Below, piece by piece: positions 1-8,736 of a stretch of DNA of 64,000 nucleotides (positions within the stretch are counted from its first letter, which is position 1; each line of letters starts with the position of its first letter). The position numbers and the translations under genes were made by a program. Below the pieces are notes generated by a model. It was not told where the DNA came from. It was given only the letters and a program-made list of their open reading frames with translations, and ran no database searches. Origin of the DNA: Bacteroidales bacterium. Its GTDB lineage: Bacteria; Bacteroidota; Bacteroidia; Bacteroidales; WCHB1-69. The stretch lies in assembly GCA_045132235.1 (NCBI GenBank), contig JBGURX010000020.1:7819-71818 (forward strand). Direction: 5' to 3'.

Positions 1-52
1 GCAAAGCCGATGCGAAAGCGATGAAGTGACAGGCAGTTGCCCCCTCAGAACC

Positions 53-946
53 TCAATACAAGGTGAAGGTGATGGGCAGCTGGAAATAGGAGCGGCACGG
101 CTGGCCATTGTTCTCCCCGGGCTTCCATTTCGGCATGGCTTTCACCACGCGGATGGCTTCTTCGTCAAGAAAGGAAACGACACTTCTCAACACCTTGATA
201 CAAGAAATTCTGCCGTCTGTTTCCACCACGAATTCAAGCATCACCACGCCTTGCCAACTACCCTCCCGAGCGTTTGGCGGATAATGGCAGTTGGTGGCAA
301 GGAATTCCTTTAATGCAGTCATGCCGCCGGGAAATTCAGCACGGGTTTCAGGAATACGGACAATGGGGGTCTTTATACCCTCACAATCATCATCTAAATC
401 ATTTTCCTCAGAGTCCGATTCAACCCATTCTTCTGGATCTGTTATAAGAAGTTCTTCCACAGTGTACCAAAGCACTTTCTGCGTACGCTTATCTATAAGT
501 TTTGTTGTCACTATCATCAAGGTCATTGTTGAATCCTCAATAATCTCTCCCCCCACTTGATAGAAAGGGTGGTCATCCGCAACTTTCACATCATAAATGC
601 CGGTCTCTCCGTCATCTCCAAATGCACTTTCATCAATGGTTGTGATAGAATTGGGAATGGTGACAGTTTGCACCTCATAGCATCCCACAAATGTCCGTTT
701 CCCGATGGCAGTAACGGGATAACTCTGACCTTTGTAAGTGACTTTCTCTGGAATGACTAAGTCTCCGGTAAAGTCTTCGTCATCAGTGTTTTGGAGAGCA
801 ACGCCCACCAATGCCACAGTTTTCTGGTCGGCTTGGATTTGATATCTGAGTTCTATCCCAGGGCAGCACATTTGTCCAAAAGTCTGCGCCTGCGCGCCTA
901 TGGCGACGGTGGCCAGCAAAATGAAGAAAAGGAACAGTTTTTTCAT
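53..946 (-). CDS. Secreted protein with BspA-type LRR-like segment and C-terminal TonB-C (energy transducer) domain
   Basis: Track ORF 53..994 trimmed to the internal ATG (cat at 944-946) that begins a signal peptide MKKLFLFFILLATVAIGAQA. The C-terminal ~90 aa (EFPGGMTALKEFL...GVVMLEFVVETDGRISCIKVLRS...EAIRVVKAMPKWKPG) fit the TonB C-terminal domain pattern. Confidence 0.6.
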   Translation of the reverse strand: MKKLFLFFILLATVAIGAQAQTFGQMCCPGIELRYQIQADQKTVALVGVALQNTDDEDFTGDLVIPEKVTYKGQSYPVTAIGKRTFVGCYEVQTVTIPNSITTIDESAFGDDGETGIYDVKVADDHPFYQVGGEIIEDSTMTLMIVTTKLIDKRTQKVLWYTVEELLITDPEEWVESDSEENDLDDDCEGIKTPIVRIPETRAEFPGGMTALKEFLATNCHYPPNAREGSWQGVVMLEFVVETDGRISCIKVLRSVVSFLDEEAIRVVKAMPKWKPGENNGQPCRSYFQLPITFTLY

Positions 947-1094
947 AATGTGGTCTATTACTGGTTTCACAAAATCTGAAAAACAACAGTGCAAAAATAC
1001 ATATTATTTTCTGATTTCCAAATGTTTGTTGTGGTTTTTTGCTTCATTCAGGCAACAAAACAACCGATAATCTGTTTTCTTCAAAAATATTTTT

Positions 1095-2150
1095 ATGAAA
1101 AGAATCCTATCTCTGACGCTGCTCTTGGTGGCAGGCATCCTGTTGGCAAATGCACAAAGCTCTCGAAAAGTGCTATTCATTGGCAATAGCTACATCTATA
1201 CCAACGACTTGCCGAACATGATCAAGACGTTGGCCCTTGGCTGCGGCGACACTCTCGACTACAGCCAGAGCACGCCGGGCGGCTGCACCTTCCAGAACCA
1301 CCTGTCGAACAGCACCACCATGGGCTATATCAACGCCGGCGGGTGGGACCATGTGGTATTACAGGAGCAGAGCCAGCTGCCGTCGTTTCCGTACAGCCAA
1401 GTGCAGAGCGAATGCTTCCCGTATGCGACACAGCTCTGCGAGGCCATCCGCGGGGCAGCACCGCAGGCAGGGATTGTGTTTTTTATGACATGGGGGCGCG
1501 AGAACGGCGACGCCAGCAACTGCGCCAACTACCCGCCGCTGTGCACCTACGAGGGCATGGACAGTCTGCTCTGTGCCCGCTACACCGAGATGGCCGAGCA
1601 GAACCATGCCGCGCTATCGCCGGTGGGACGGGTATGGCACCATCTCCGCGACGAGCAGCCCTCGCTGGAGCTGTACAGCTCCGACGGCAGCCATCCCTCT
1701 GTGGCAGGCAGTTACGCCGCGGCGGTCACCTTCTACACCATCCTGTTCCGCAAAAGTCCGGCCTGCATCAGCAACGACCTTTCCGTTGACCCTGCTGTGG
1801 CCCAGCAGATACGGGAGACGGTACAGCAGGTGGTTTACGACAGCTTGGACTACTGGTACCGTTTCGTGGACACCACGCAGGGTGTTGCGGACGTGGCGGG
1901 CGGCGGTGCGCTGCGCGTGTGGCCCAACCCGGCGGGCAGCTATGTGGAGGTAGATTTCGGCGGCGCAGCGATACAGGAAGCGGTGGAGCTGACGTTGTAC
2001 GACGGGTTGGGCCGGGCCGTGCGGCGGGTGGCGGTGAGTGAAGTGCCGGCACGCATCGAGTTGACGGGCTGTCCGGCAGGACTCTATCTGCTGCGTGCCA
2101 CGGCGGGCGGCCGTGCGGTAGGAAGCGCGAAGATCGTGCGGGGGGAATAG
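1095..2150 (+). CDS. SGNH/GDSL-like hydrolase with T9SS (Por) C-terminal sorting domain
   Basis: Signal peptide MKRILSLTLLLVAGILLANA. SGNH block I-like FIGNSY and block V-like DGSHPS. The C-terminal ~80 aa (LRVWPNPAGSYVEVDF...LTLYDGLGRAV...GLYLLRATAGG) match the T9SS CTD pattern. Confidence 0.7.
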   Translation: MKRILSLTLLLVAGILLANAQSSRKVLFIGNSYIYTNDLPNMIKTLALGCGDTLDYSQSTPGGCTFQNHLSNSTTMGYINAGGWDHVVLQEQSQLPSFPYSQVQSECFPYATQLCEAIRGAAPQAGIVFFMTWGRENGDASNCANYPPLCTYEGMDSLLCARYTEMAEQNHAALSPVGRVWHHLRDEQPSLELYSSDGSHPSVAGSYAAAVTFYTILFRKSPACISNDLSVDPAVAQQIRETVQQVVYDSLDYWYRFVDTTQGVADVAGGGALRVWPNPAGSYVEVDFGGAAIQEAVELTLYDGLGRAVRRVAVSEVPARIELTGCPAGLYLLRATAGGRAVGSAKIVRGE

Positions 2151-2211
2151 CCTTCCATTATCCACCACGCTCATTTTTCAGTTTTCAATTCTCAATTTTC
2201 AGTTTTTATCG

Positions 2212-2219
2212 TATCTTTG
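2212..2219 (+). promoter_or_regulatory. Bacteroidetes -7 box (TATCTTTG) upstream of deoC
   Basis: Matches the TAnnTTTG consensus 33 nt upstream of the deoC ATG. It is preceded by a heptad-repeat motif (see findings). Confidence 0.45.
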
Positions 2220-2252
2220 CAAACTGAATTCTTGATACTAATATTTTAAATT

Positions 2253-3098
2253 ATGGCATACACAACTCCAAAAACCTATCCTTATACGGATGAACAGATT
2301 CAGGCCAGACTTGCCGAATACCAGAACGGCAATCTGCGCTATTTCGACTTTCCGAAAGCCTATCGTTTCATTCTGAGTGTCATCGACCTCACCACGCTGG
2401 AGGGCTCCGACAATGCCGCCCGCGTGCAACAGCTGTGCGAGAAGGCGATAGCTTTCCGCGACGATGCCAATGGCATTCCGTCAACGGCCGCCGTGTGCGT
2501 CTATCCGCCCTTTGCGGCGCAGGCCAAATCCATTTTGAAAGACACTGACATTCACGTGGCTTGTGTGGCAGGCGCTTTCCCCGCCGGACAGTCGCCCATC
2601 GAAATCAAGATAGCCGAAGTGGCCTATGCGGTGGCACAGGGCGCCGATGAAATCGACATGGTGATTTCGCGCGGCAAGTTCCTCGAAGGCGACTACCAGA
2701 CCGTGTATGACGAGATCGCCGCCATCAAGGCCGCCTGCGGGCACGCCCACCTGAAGGTGATTCTCGAGACCGGCGAGCTGGGCAGCGCTGACAATATATA
2801 TAAAGCCTCCCAGATTGCCATCGCCGCCGGTGCCGACTTCATCAAAACCTCCACGGGCAAAATCAAGGTCAATGCCACGCCCGAGTCGTTCCTCGTGATG
2901 CTCGACGCCATCAAGGACCACTATGAGGCAACCGGAAAGATGGTCGGCATGAAACCCGCCGGCGGCATCGCCGACGCTCCCACCGCCATCGCCTTTCTGA
3001 AAATTCTGGAAAATGTGCTGGGCGAAAAATGGCTCTCCAACCGCTATTTCAGGATAGGCGCAAGCCGCCTCGCAGACAAGATTAGAGCGGAAATTTAA
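2253..3098 (+). CDS. deoC: Deoxyribose-phosphate aldolase
   Basis: 281 aa. Contains DLTTLEG, IDMVISRG, LKVILETGEL and the Schiff-base lysine context FIKTSTGK, typical of the long-form DeoC/LacD aldolase family. Confidence 0.88.
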   Translation: MAYTTPKTYPYTDEQIQARLAEYQNGNLRYFDFPKAYRFILSVIDLTTLEGSDNAARVQQLCEKAIAFRDDANGIPSTAAVCVYPPFAAQAKSILKDTDIHVACVAGAFPAGQSPIEIKIAEVAYAVAQGADEIDMVISRGKFLEGDYQTVYDEIAAIKAACGHAHLKVILETGELGSADNIYKASQIAIAAGADFIKTSTGKIKVNATPESFLVMLDAIKDHYEATGKMVGMKPAGGIADAPTAIAFLKILENVLGEKWLSNRYFRIGASRLADKIRAEI

Positions 3099-3149
3099 TT
3101 TTTTTTCAAAAATTTTCTAAATAGATGATTTAGAATAAAATAAAAGTTG

Positions 3150-3157
3150 TATTTTTG
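3150..3157 (+). promoter_or_regulatory. -7 box (TATTTTTG) upstream of HU gene
   Basis: TAnnTTTG match 64 nt upstream of the ATG at 3221. Confidence 0.4.
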
Positions 3158-3220
3158 CACGCTTAAAAATCAGACCTATAAACCATTACATTTTATAACC
3201 AATTTTAATACATTTCAATT

Positions 3221-3496
3221 ATGACTAAAGCAGAAATCGTAAACGAAATCGCCAACAAGACCAACCTTGACAAGAGCACTGTTCAGGCTGTAGTAGAAAA
3301 ATTTATGGATACCGTTAAGATGTCTCTGTCCAACGACGAACCCGTCTATCTGAGAGGCTTCGGTAGCTTCATCATCAAAGAGCGCGCCCAGAAGACCGCC
3401 CGCAATATCTCCAAAGGCACTACCATCACTATCCCCGCTCACAAGATCCCCGCATTCAAACCCTGCAAGACTTTCTCCAACTCCGTAAAGAAATAA
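3221..3496 (+). CDS. hup: HU family DNA-binding protein
   Basis: 91 aa. MTKAEIVNEIA...VYLRGFGSFIIKERAQKTARNI...IPAHKIPAFKP is the canonical HU/IHF fold signature. Confidence 0.9.
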   Translation: MTKAEIVNEIANKTNLDKSTVQAVVEKFMDTVKMSLSNDEPVYLRGFGSFIIKERAQKTARNISKGTTITIPAHKIPAFKPCKTFSNSVKK

Positions 3497-3524
3497 TTTT
3501 TCATAACCTTAAATAATCACTACT

Positions 3525-3614
3525 ATGCCTAGCGGTAAAAAAAGAAAAAGACACAAGATGTCTACCCACAAGCGTAAAAAACGCCTCAGAAAGAACAGAC
3601 ACAAGAAGAAATAA
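3525..3614 (+). CDS. 29-aa Lys/Arg-rich peptide, possible bS22/mS38 (AURKAIP1/COX24)-like small ribosomal protein
   Basis: Hand-translated ATG..TAA gives MPSGKKRKRHKMSTHKRKKRLRKNRHKKK. It is below the ORF-track size cut-off. It lies between HU and rng and is followed 22 nt later by a perfect 15-bp hairpin plus T-run. The pattern KRxRxKM..HKxKKxLRKxR resembles bS22/mS38. Confidence 0.5.
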   Translation: MPSGKKRKRHKMSTHKRKKRLRKNRHKKK

Positions 3615-3636
3615 TGCTTCTTGTGTAACCTTACAG

Positions 3637-3679
3637 AAACTAAATTGCAGTCCGAATCGACTGCAATTTAGTTTTTTCT
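3637..3679 (+). terminator. Rho-independent terminator
   Basis: AAACTAAATTGCAGT (3637-3651), 8-nt loop, ACTGCAATTTAGTTT (3660-3674), then TTTT. Confidence 0.75.
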
Positions 3680-3702
3680 ATTTATTCTCCTAAATCTATT
3701 CT

Positions 3703-5298
3703 ATGGCTGAACTAACGAAAGAATTAATCATCACCACCCATCCGGGTGAAGTGCAGATCGCGCTTCTTGAAAACAAGCGTCTGGTCGAGCTTCATCAGGA
3801 AAAAGCCACTGAGCAGTTCAGTGTCGGGAACATCTACGTGGGGAAGGTGCGCAAAATCATGCCGGGGCTCAACGCCGCATTCGTCAACATCGGCTGCGAC
3901 AAAGATGCCTTCCTCCATTACCTTGACATCGGCCCCAACACCCTTACCCTTAACGAATTTGTGAAAGGCGTCATCGCCGGCGGCAAACGCTCGCTCGGCG
4001 CTGTCACCCGCCAGCCCGCACTCGAAAAGTCGGGCAAAATCAGCGATGTGCTCTCCACCGGACAGCCGGTGCTGGTGCAGATTGCCAAAGAGTGCATCTC
4101 CACCAAGGGTCCCCGCATCACCACCGAGATATCTTTCGCCGGACGCTACTCCGTTCTGGTGCCCTACGGCGATAAAGTATTTGTGTCTCAGAAGATTAAA
4201 GCCTCCGCCGAACGCAAACGCCTCCGCCAGATTCTGTCGGGCTTCAAGCCGCGCAACTTCGGCGTCATCGTGCGTACCGTCGCCGAAGGCAAGACCGCCG
4301 AAGACCTCGAGAAAGACATCAACCAGCTGGTCAAAAAATGGCAGGCCATGATCGAGAAGCTGGTCGGCGCCGTGCCACCTGTCAAAGTGGCCTCCGAACT
4401 CGACCGCACCTCCTCGCTCATCCGCGACATCGTCAACGACTCCTTCCACGCCATCCATGTTGACAACAAGGACCTCTATGATGAGGTCAAGAATTATATG
4501 CACTCCTTCTCCGATGGGAAGGACATCCCCGACATTGTCAAGTTCTATAAGGACAAAACGCCCATTTTCGAGCATTTCAATGTCGCCAAACAGATCAAAT
4601 CCTCCTTCGGGAAGGTGGTCACCATCAAAAACGGCATCTACCTCGTCATCGAGCAGACCGAAGCGCTGTGCGTCATCGATGTCAACAGCGGCAACCGCGT
4701 GAAATCCTCCAACTCACAGGAGGAAAACGCACTGCAGGTCAATCTTGCCGCCGCAGAGGAGATCGCCCGCCAGATGCGCCTCCGCGATATCGGCGGCATC
4801 ATCGTGGTCGATTTCATCGACATGGCCACCGCCGCCAACCGCACCCAGCTCTACAAGCACATGAGTGAGCTGATGACCGCCGACCGCGCCCGCCATACCG
4901 TACTGCCCCTCAGCAAGTTCGGACTGATGCAGATCACGCGCCAGCGCATCCGCCCCGTCACCACCATCGACATCCTCGAACGCTGTCCCGTGTGCCAGGG
5001 TACCGGCAAAATCAAACCGGCCATCCTCATCGAAGAGAACCTTGAGAATGTCATCGACTTCCTCTTCCAAGAGCAGCGCGAACGCAAGATCACCATCGAC
5101 CTGCACCCGATTTTGTATGCCTATTTTACTAAAGGATTGATCAGCAAGCAGGTGAAGTGGTATTTTAAATACAAGAAGTGGATTCGCCTGCGCCAGAACC
5201 CCGACTGCCACATGCTGCAGTACAAGTTCTACAATCAGGATATGGAGGAGATTGTGCTGTGGGACACGCAGCCGAAAACGAATAAAAACGACAATTAG
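3703..5298 (+). CDS. rng: Rne/Rng family ribonuclease (RNase G-like)
   Basis: 531 aa. N-terminal S1 domain (GNIYVGKVRKIMPGLNAAFVNIG), catalytic core VIDVNSG, and a Zn-link-like CPVCQGTG. Confidence 0.85.
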   Translation: MAELTKELIITTHPGEVQIALLENKRLVELHQEKATEQFSVGNIYVGKVRKIMPGLNAAFVNIGCDKDAFLHYLDIGPNTLTLNEFVKGVIAGGKRSLGAVTRQPALEKSGKISDVLSTGQPVLVQIAKECISTKGPRITTEISFAGRYSVLVPYGDKVFVSQKIKASAERKRLRQILSGFKPRNFGVIVRTVAEGKTAEDLEKDINQLVKKWQAMIEKLVGAVPPVKVASELDRTSSLIRDIVNDSFHAIHVDNKDLYDEVKNYMHSFSDGKDIPDIVKFYKDKTPIFEHFNVAKQIKSSFGKVVTIKNGIYLVIEQTEALCVIDVNSGNRVKSSNSQEENALQVNLAAAEEIARQMRLRDIGGIIVVDFIDMATAANRTQLYKHMSELMTADRARHTVLPLSKFGLMQITRQRIRPVTTIDILERCPVCQGTGKIKPAILIEENLENVIDFLFQEQRERKITIDLHPILYAYFTKGLISKQVKWYFKYKKWIRLRQNPDCHMLQYKFYNQDMEEIVLWDTQPKTNKNDN

Positions 5299-5304
5299 CG
5301 GGTT

Positions 5305-6066
5305 ATGATTCTCATTACCAACGACGATGGTTACGCCTCCAAAGGCCTCCACGCCCTTGTGGCGGTTGCCAAGGAATTTGGGAAGGTGGCAGTGGTGACC
5401 CCCGACGGTCCCCGCTCCGCCACCAGTCACGCCATTACCATGAACACCCCGCTCCGACTCCACCATTACCATACCGACGACGATGGGACCCGCTATTTCC
5501 GCACTAACGGCACTCCCTGCGACTGCGTGAAACTCGGACTCCGCGTTGTGCTGAAAGACCAGCCGGTGGACATGGTGCTCTCTGGCATCAACCACGGCTC
5601 CAACTCCTCCGTCAGCCTGCTCTATTCCGGCACGATGGGAGCCGCCATGGAAGCCAGCCTCGCCCGCGTGCCCGCTATCGGTTTCTCGTTGCTTGACTAC
5701 TCTCCCGATGCGGACTTCTCCGCCGCCAGTCACTATGTAAGGGCTATTCTGCAAGAGATGTTGCGACGGCCTTTTGCCGATGATACATCGCTGAATGTCA
5801 ACATCCCCAACCTGCCGCTTGAGGCCATTAAGGGCATCAAGGTGACGCGGCAGGCCAAAGGCTACTGGCAGGAGGAGCTGGATGAGTGTATAGACCCTTA
5901 CGGCGGCACCTACTATTGGCTTGCCGGCCGCCTCATCATCACCGACGATGGCGACGATACCTGCGAGTGGGCGCTCCATCACGGCTATGTCTCTGTACAA
6001 CCCGTGCAGAATGACTTCACCCACCATCAAATCATCCCTCAGCTTAAATTTTTGGAAGAAATATGA
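5305..6066 (+). CDS. surE: 5'/3'-nucleotidase SurE
   Basis: 253 aa. N-terminal ILITNDDGYASKG and GINHGSN, SGTMGAAMEA motifs. Confidence 0.9.
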   Translation: MILITNDDGYASKGLHALVAVAKEFGKVAVVTPDGPRSATSHAITMNTPLRLHHYHTDDDGTRYFRTNGTPCDCVKLGLRVVLKDQPVDMVLSGINHGSNSSVSLLYSGTMGAAMEASLARVPAIGFSLLDYSPDADFSAASHYVRAILQEMLRRPFADDTSLNVNIPNLPLEAIKGIKVTRQAKGYWQEELDECIDPYGGTYYWLAGRLIITDDGDDTCEWALHHGYVSVQPVQNDFTHHQIIPQLKFLEEI

Positions 6067-6380
6067 AAAAGTTAATTGAAAAACTGCGTCGCGACTCTTG
6101 GGGAATGGGCATTTTCCTCGGCACCGTCGTGCCCGCCCTCACCTTTGGTGTGCTGCTGGGACTTTTTGCCGCCGCCCTCGCCGCCGCCCCCCGCACCGAA
6201 GCCCGCGATGTCTTCGACATCAACACCATCTGTAAAATCGTGCTGCTCAGTATGGTACCCAGCGTCTTCGTGATGCGCCACTACCTGCTGAAACTGAAAT
6301 ACGACTATACCGGACGCGGCATTCTCCTGATGACCTTCATCATCGCCGTCATCTTTACCATACTCAACTTCGTGTTCTAA
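6063..6380 (+). CDS. Small integral membrane protein, unknown function
   Basis: 105 aa. Its ATG overlaps the surE stop (ATGA). About three hydrophobic helices. Confidence 0.5.
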   Translation: MKKLIEKLRRDSWGMGIFLGTVVPALTFGVLLGLFAAALAAAPRTEARDVFDINTICKIVLLSMVPSVFVMRHYLLKLKYDYTGRGILLMTFIIAVIFTILNFVF

Positions 6381-6382
6381 AT

Positions 6383-6964
6383 CTATTTTTGGAACCCCTG
6401 CATAATCTCCTCCGCCGACTTCTCATAGCCGCCGGCTTGCAAGTACGCAGCAATGTTTTTCGCTAACTCCGTGTCAGGAAATCTTTCCACCAAGTTGCGA
6501 TAGGTCTTCGCAGCCTCTTCCCTCTTTCCCAAATTCTCATAAATCTGCGCCTTATAATAATAGGCATAGATAAGGTTTTGATAGTCAGGGTAATTCTGAC
6601 GCAGCTTTTCCAAAATATTGATAGCCTCTTCCGCCTGTTGTGTCCGCTGCTGTTCGTTGGCATTGCTGAACGCCACCTGCATCTGCATGACACCGGCATA
6701 GAGCAGGAAATGCGGACTGAGTGTGTCAGAAGGAACGCTCTTCGCATATTCAACAGCCTCATCCACAAATTGTTGCATCTTCTTTCGGTCCATACTGCCC
6801 ACGCGTGTCAAAGAATCCACCTCTTTGTATAACGAAATGATTTCCTGCGAATTAAGTACTTGCACGGGTTGCGGTTCCGTTTGGCTTTCAGGAGTTGCAG
6901 GCTCTGAGTGGCAGCTGACAAGCAACATCGCGATGCTGGCGAGTAAAAGAAGCTTTTTTTTCAT
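6383..6964 (-). CDS. TPR-like lipoprotein
   Basis: Track ORF 6383..7033 trimmed to the ATG at 6964, giving MKKKLLLLASIAMLLVSCHS (lipobox). This removes the overlap with def. The C-terminal part has TPR-like repeats (YYYKAQIYENLGKREEAAKTYRNLVERFP). Confidence 0.6.
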   Translation of the reverse strand: MKKKLLLLASIAMLLVSCHSEPATPESQTEPQPVQVLNSQEIISLYKEVDSLTRVGSMDRKKMQQFVDEAVEYAKSVPSDTLSPHFLLYAGVMQMQVAFSNANEQQRTQQAEEAINILEKLRQNYPDYQNLIYAYYYKAQIYENLGKREEAAKTYRNLVERFPDTELAKNIAAYLQAGGYEKSAEEIMQGFQK

Positions 6965-6986
6965 CTTGGAGATTATGAATAGGCTG

Positions 6987-7538
6987 TTATTTGCGGGCAG
7001 TTTTGTAGCTCGGACGCACTTTTCCGCCGGCAATGTCGGTGAGCTTGCGCTTGATAATCATTTTTTTAAGGTTGGAAAGATGATCGGTAAACACCTGTCC
7101 TTCAATATGATCGTACTCATGCTGGATGATACGCGCAACACAGCCCGAAATGGTCTCGTGCTTCTCCTCCAAATCCTCTGTAAGATAGGTGATCTCAATG
7201 GAAGTGGGACGATAAACATCCTCGTGGATGTCGGGCAGACTCAGACAGCCTTCGTTAAAAGGCTCCTCTTCGCCAAAACGCTTGGTGATGACGGGATTGA
7301 TGAAGGCTAATTTGCGGATTTCCTCGTTGGGATAACTCTCTTTGAAAGGAGCGGAATCGATGACAAAAATGCGCAGCGACTTGCCCACCTGCGGACCGGC
7401 AAGTCCCACACCATTAGCGTTATACATCGTTTCAAACATGTCGGAAACCAGCTGCTTGAGCTCCTCTTTTCCCATTTCTACGTCAACGGCCTGTTTTCTC
7501 AAAACGGGCTGTCCATAAAGATAAATCGGTAATATCAT
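6987..7538 (-). CDS. def: Peptide deformylase
   Basis: GVGLAGPQVG, EGCLSLP and QHEYDHIEG motifs. Confidence 0.92.
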   Translation of the reverse strand: MILPIYLYGQPVLRKQAVDVEMGKEELKQLVSDMFETMYNANGVGLAGPQVGKSLRIFVIDSAPFKESYPNEEIRKLAFINPVITKRFGEEEPFNEGCLSLPDIHEDVYRPTSIEITYLTEDLEEKHETISGCVARIIQHEYDHIEGQVFTDHLSNLKKMIIKRKLTDIAGGKVRPSYKTARK

Positions 7539-7978
7539 GGTTCTAAATTATTTCTACTGTTCTCAATTTCAATCTGTTGCAAATAAGTTTGCAGGATAAT
7601 AGTGGCGCTGATGGTATCCACCAAAGCCTTGTTCTGCCTCTCTTTTTTCTTTAATCCTGAATCAATCATCGTTTGGAAGGCCATCCGCGAGGTGAAACGC
7701 TCGTCCATGCGGGCAATGGGAATATCAGGGAAACTCTTCTTCACGCGGTTCACAAACGGTTCTATGTAGCGGGTGGAGTCGGAAGGCTCGTTCTTCAAAG
7801 TTTTGGGTTCGCCAATGACGATGATGTCAACTTTTTCTTTTTCAATGTATTGCTTAAGATAGTCGAAGGCTTGGCTGACGTGTACGGTCTCCAACGGGTG
7901 CGCGCAGATGCGCAACTCATCGGTGGCCGCGAAGCCCACCCGTTTCTGTCCGTAGTCAATGGCGACAATCCTTCCCAT
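7535..7978 (-). CDS. ruvX: Holliday junction resolvase-like RuvX (YqgF)
   Basis: 147 aa. N-terminal IVAIDYGQKRVGFA and DERFTS motif. 4-nt overlaps with both neighbours. Confidence 0.85.
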   Translation of the reverse strand: MGRIVAIDYGQKRVGFAATDELRICAHPLETVHVSQAFDYLKQYIEKEKVDIIVIGEPKTLKNEPSDSTRYIEPFVNRVKKSFPDIPIARMDERFTSRMAFQTMIDSGLKKKERQNKALVDTISATIILQTYLQQIEIENSRNNLEP

Positions 7979-8727
7979 CAGAATCCTTGTTCAGTGATTG
8001 TTTTCTGCAGAAGATCCGAGAAATATTCGTTGTCTTCCTTTTTGTATCGCCGCAGCACCCAGTCTTCCGCCAAATTGTTGAAGTGGTTGTCCTTCACTAT
8101 GTTGATATTGTTGGGATGCTGTTCCATCAATGCGTATGCACGGTTGATTTCCTCGTCGGAATATTCGCGGTAGGTCTCTTGGTGAATGAGAATGTCAGGT
8201 TGCACCTTGGGAGTGAGGGGCGTGTCAGGGTGGGCGGGATAGCCCATCGGGATACAGGCGACGGGAATGACGTGCTTGGGAAGTTGCAGGATGTCAATAA
8301 ATTGCGGTGTATTATAGGTAATGGTCCCTAACCAGCAGATGCCAAGTCCAAGCGATTCGGCGGCCACGCAGGCATTCTGGGCGGCGATGAGCGCGTCGGT
8401 GACGGCCCACTGGTAGGCCTGCAGGTTGTGGTAGGCGTCGGTGGGGGTGTTGCGGCACTCGCAGTAGCGGTCGAAGCGGTGGAAGTCGGCGCAGAAGGTA
8501 AAGATGACAGGCGCCGTGGTGGCGATGGGCTGGTTGAAATGTGCCGGCGCCATCTTGCGCATCATCTCCTTGTCGCGCGTCACAACAATGCTGAAAAGCT
8601 GCATGCCACCCATGGTGGAACCGTTGCACGCAGCGGCCAGTATCTTATCAAGCGTCTCTTTGTCAACAGGTTGCTCCGAAAATTCGCGGATGCTGCGATG
8701 CCGGAGCATGGTATCAATTGCGTTCAT
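7978..8727 (-). CDS. Nitroreductase family (NfsA-like) oxidoreductase
   Basis: 249 aa. RHRSIREF N-terminus, and the S..GGMQ and GICWLG patterns typical of the nitroreductase fold. Confidence 0.7.
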   Translation of the reverse strand: MNAIDTMLRHRSIREFSEQPVDKETLDKILAAACNGSTMGGMQLFSIVVTRDKEMMRKMAPAHFNQPIATTAPVIFTFCADFHRFDRYCECRNTPTDAYHNLQAYQWAVTDALIAAQNACVAAESLGLGICWLGTITYNTPQFIDILQLPKHVIPVACIPMGYPAHPDTPLTPKVQPDILIHQETYREYSDEEINRAYALMEQHPNNINIVKDNHFNNLAEDWVLRRYKKEDNEYFSDLLQKTITEQGF

Positions 8728-8736
8728 GTCCGTGGA

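Noticed and set aside
4714-6030. Large antisense ORFs across GC-rich housekeeping genes (for example 4714..6030 -, 15534..16556 -, 19616..20995 +, 51797..53326 -, 56880..58652 +, 59602..61323 +, 8428..9360 +)
   Set aside because: Each is opposite a gene with unambiguous family signatures (rng/surE, proS, secA, mfd, leuS, pepO, trpS). High GC suppresses stop codons in antisense frames. The translations are Gly/Val/His/Arg-rich nonsense.
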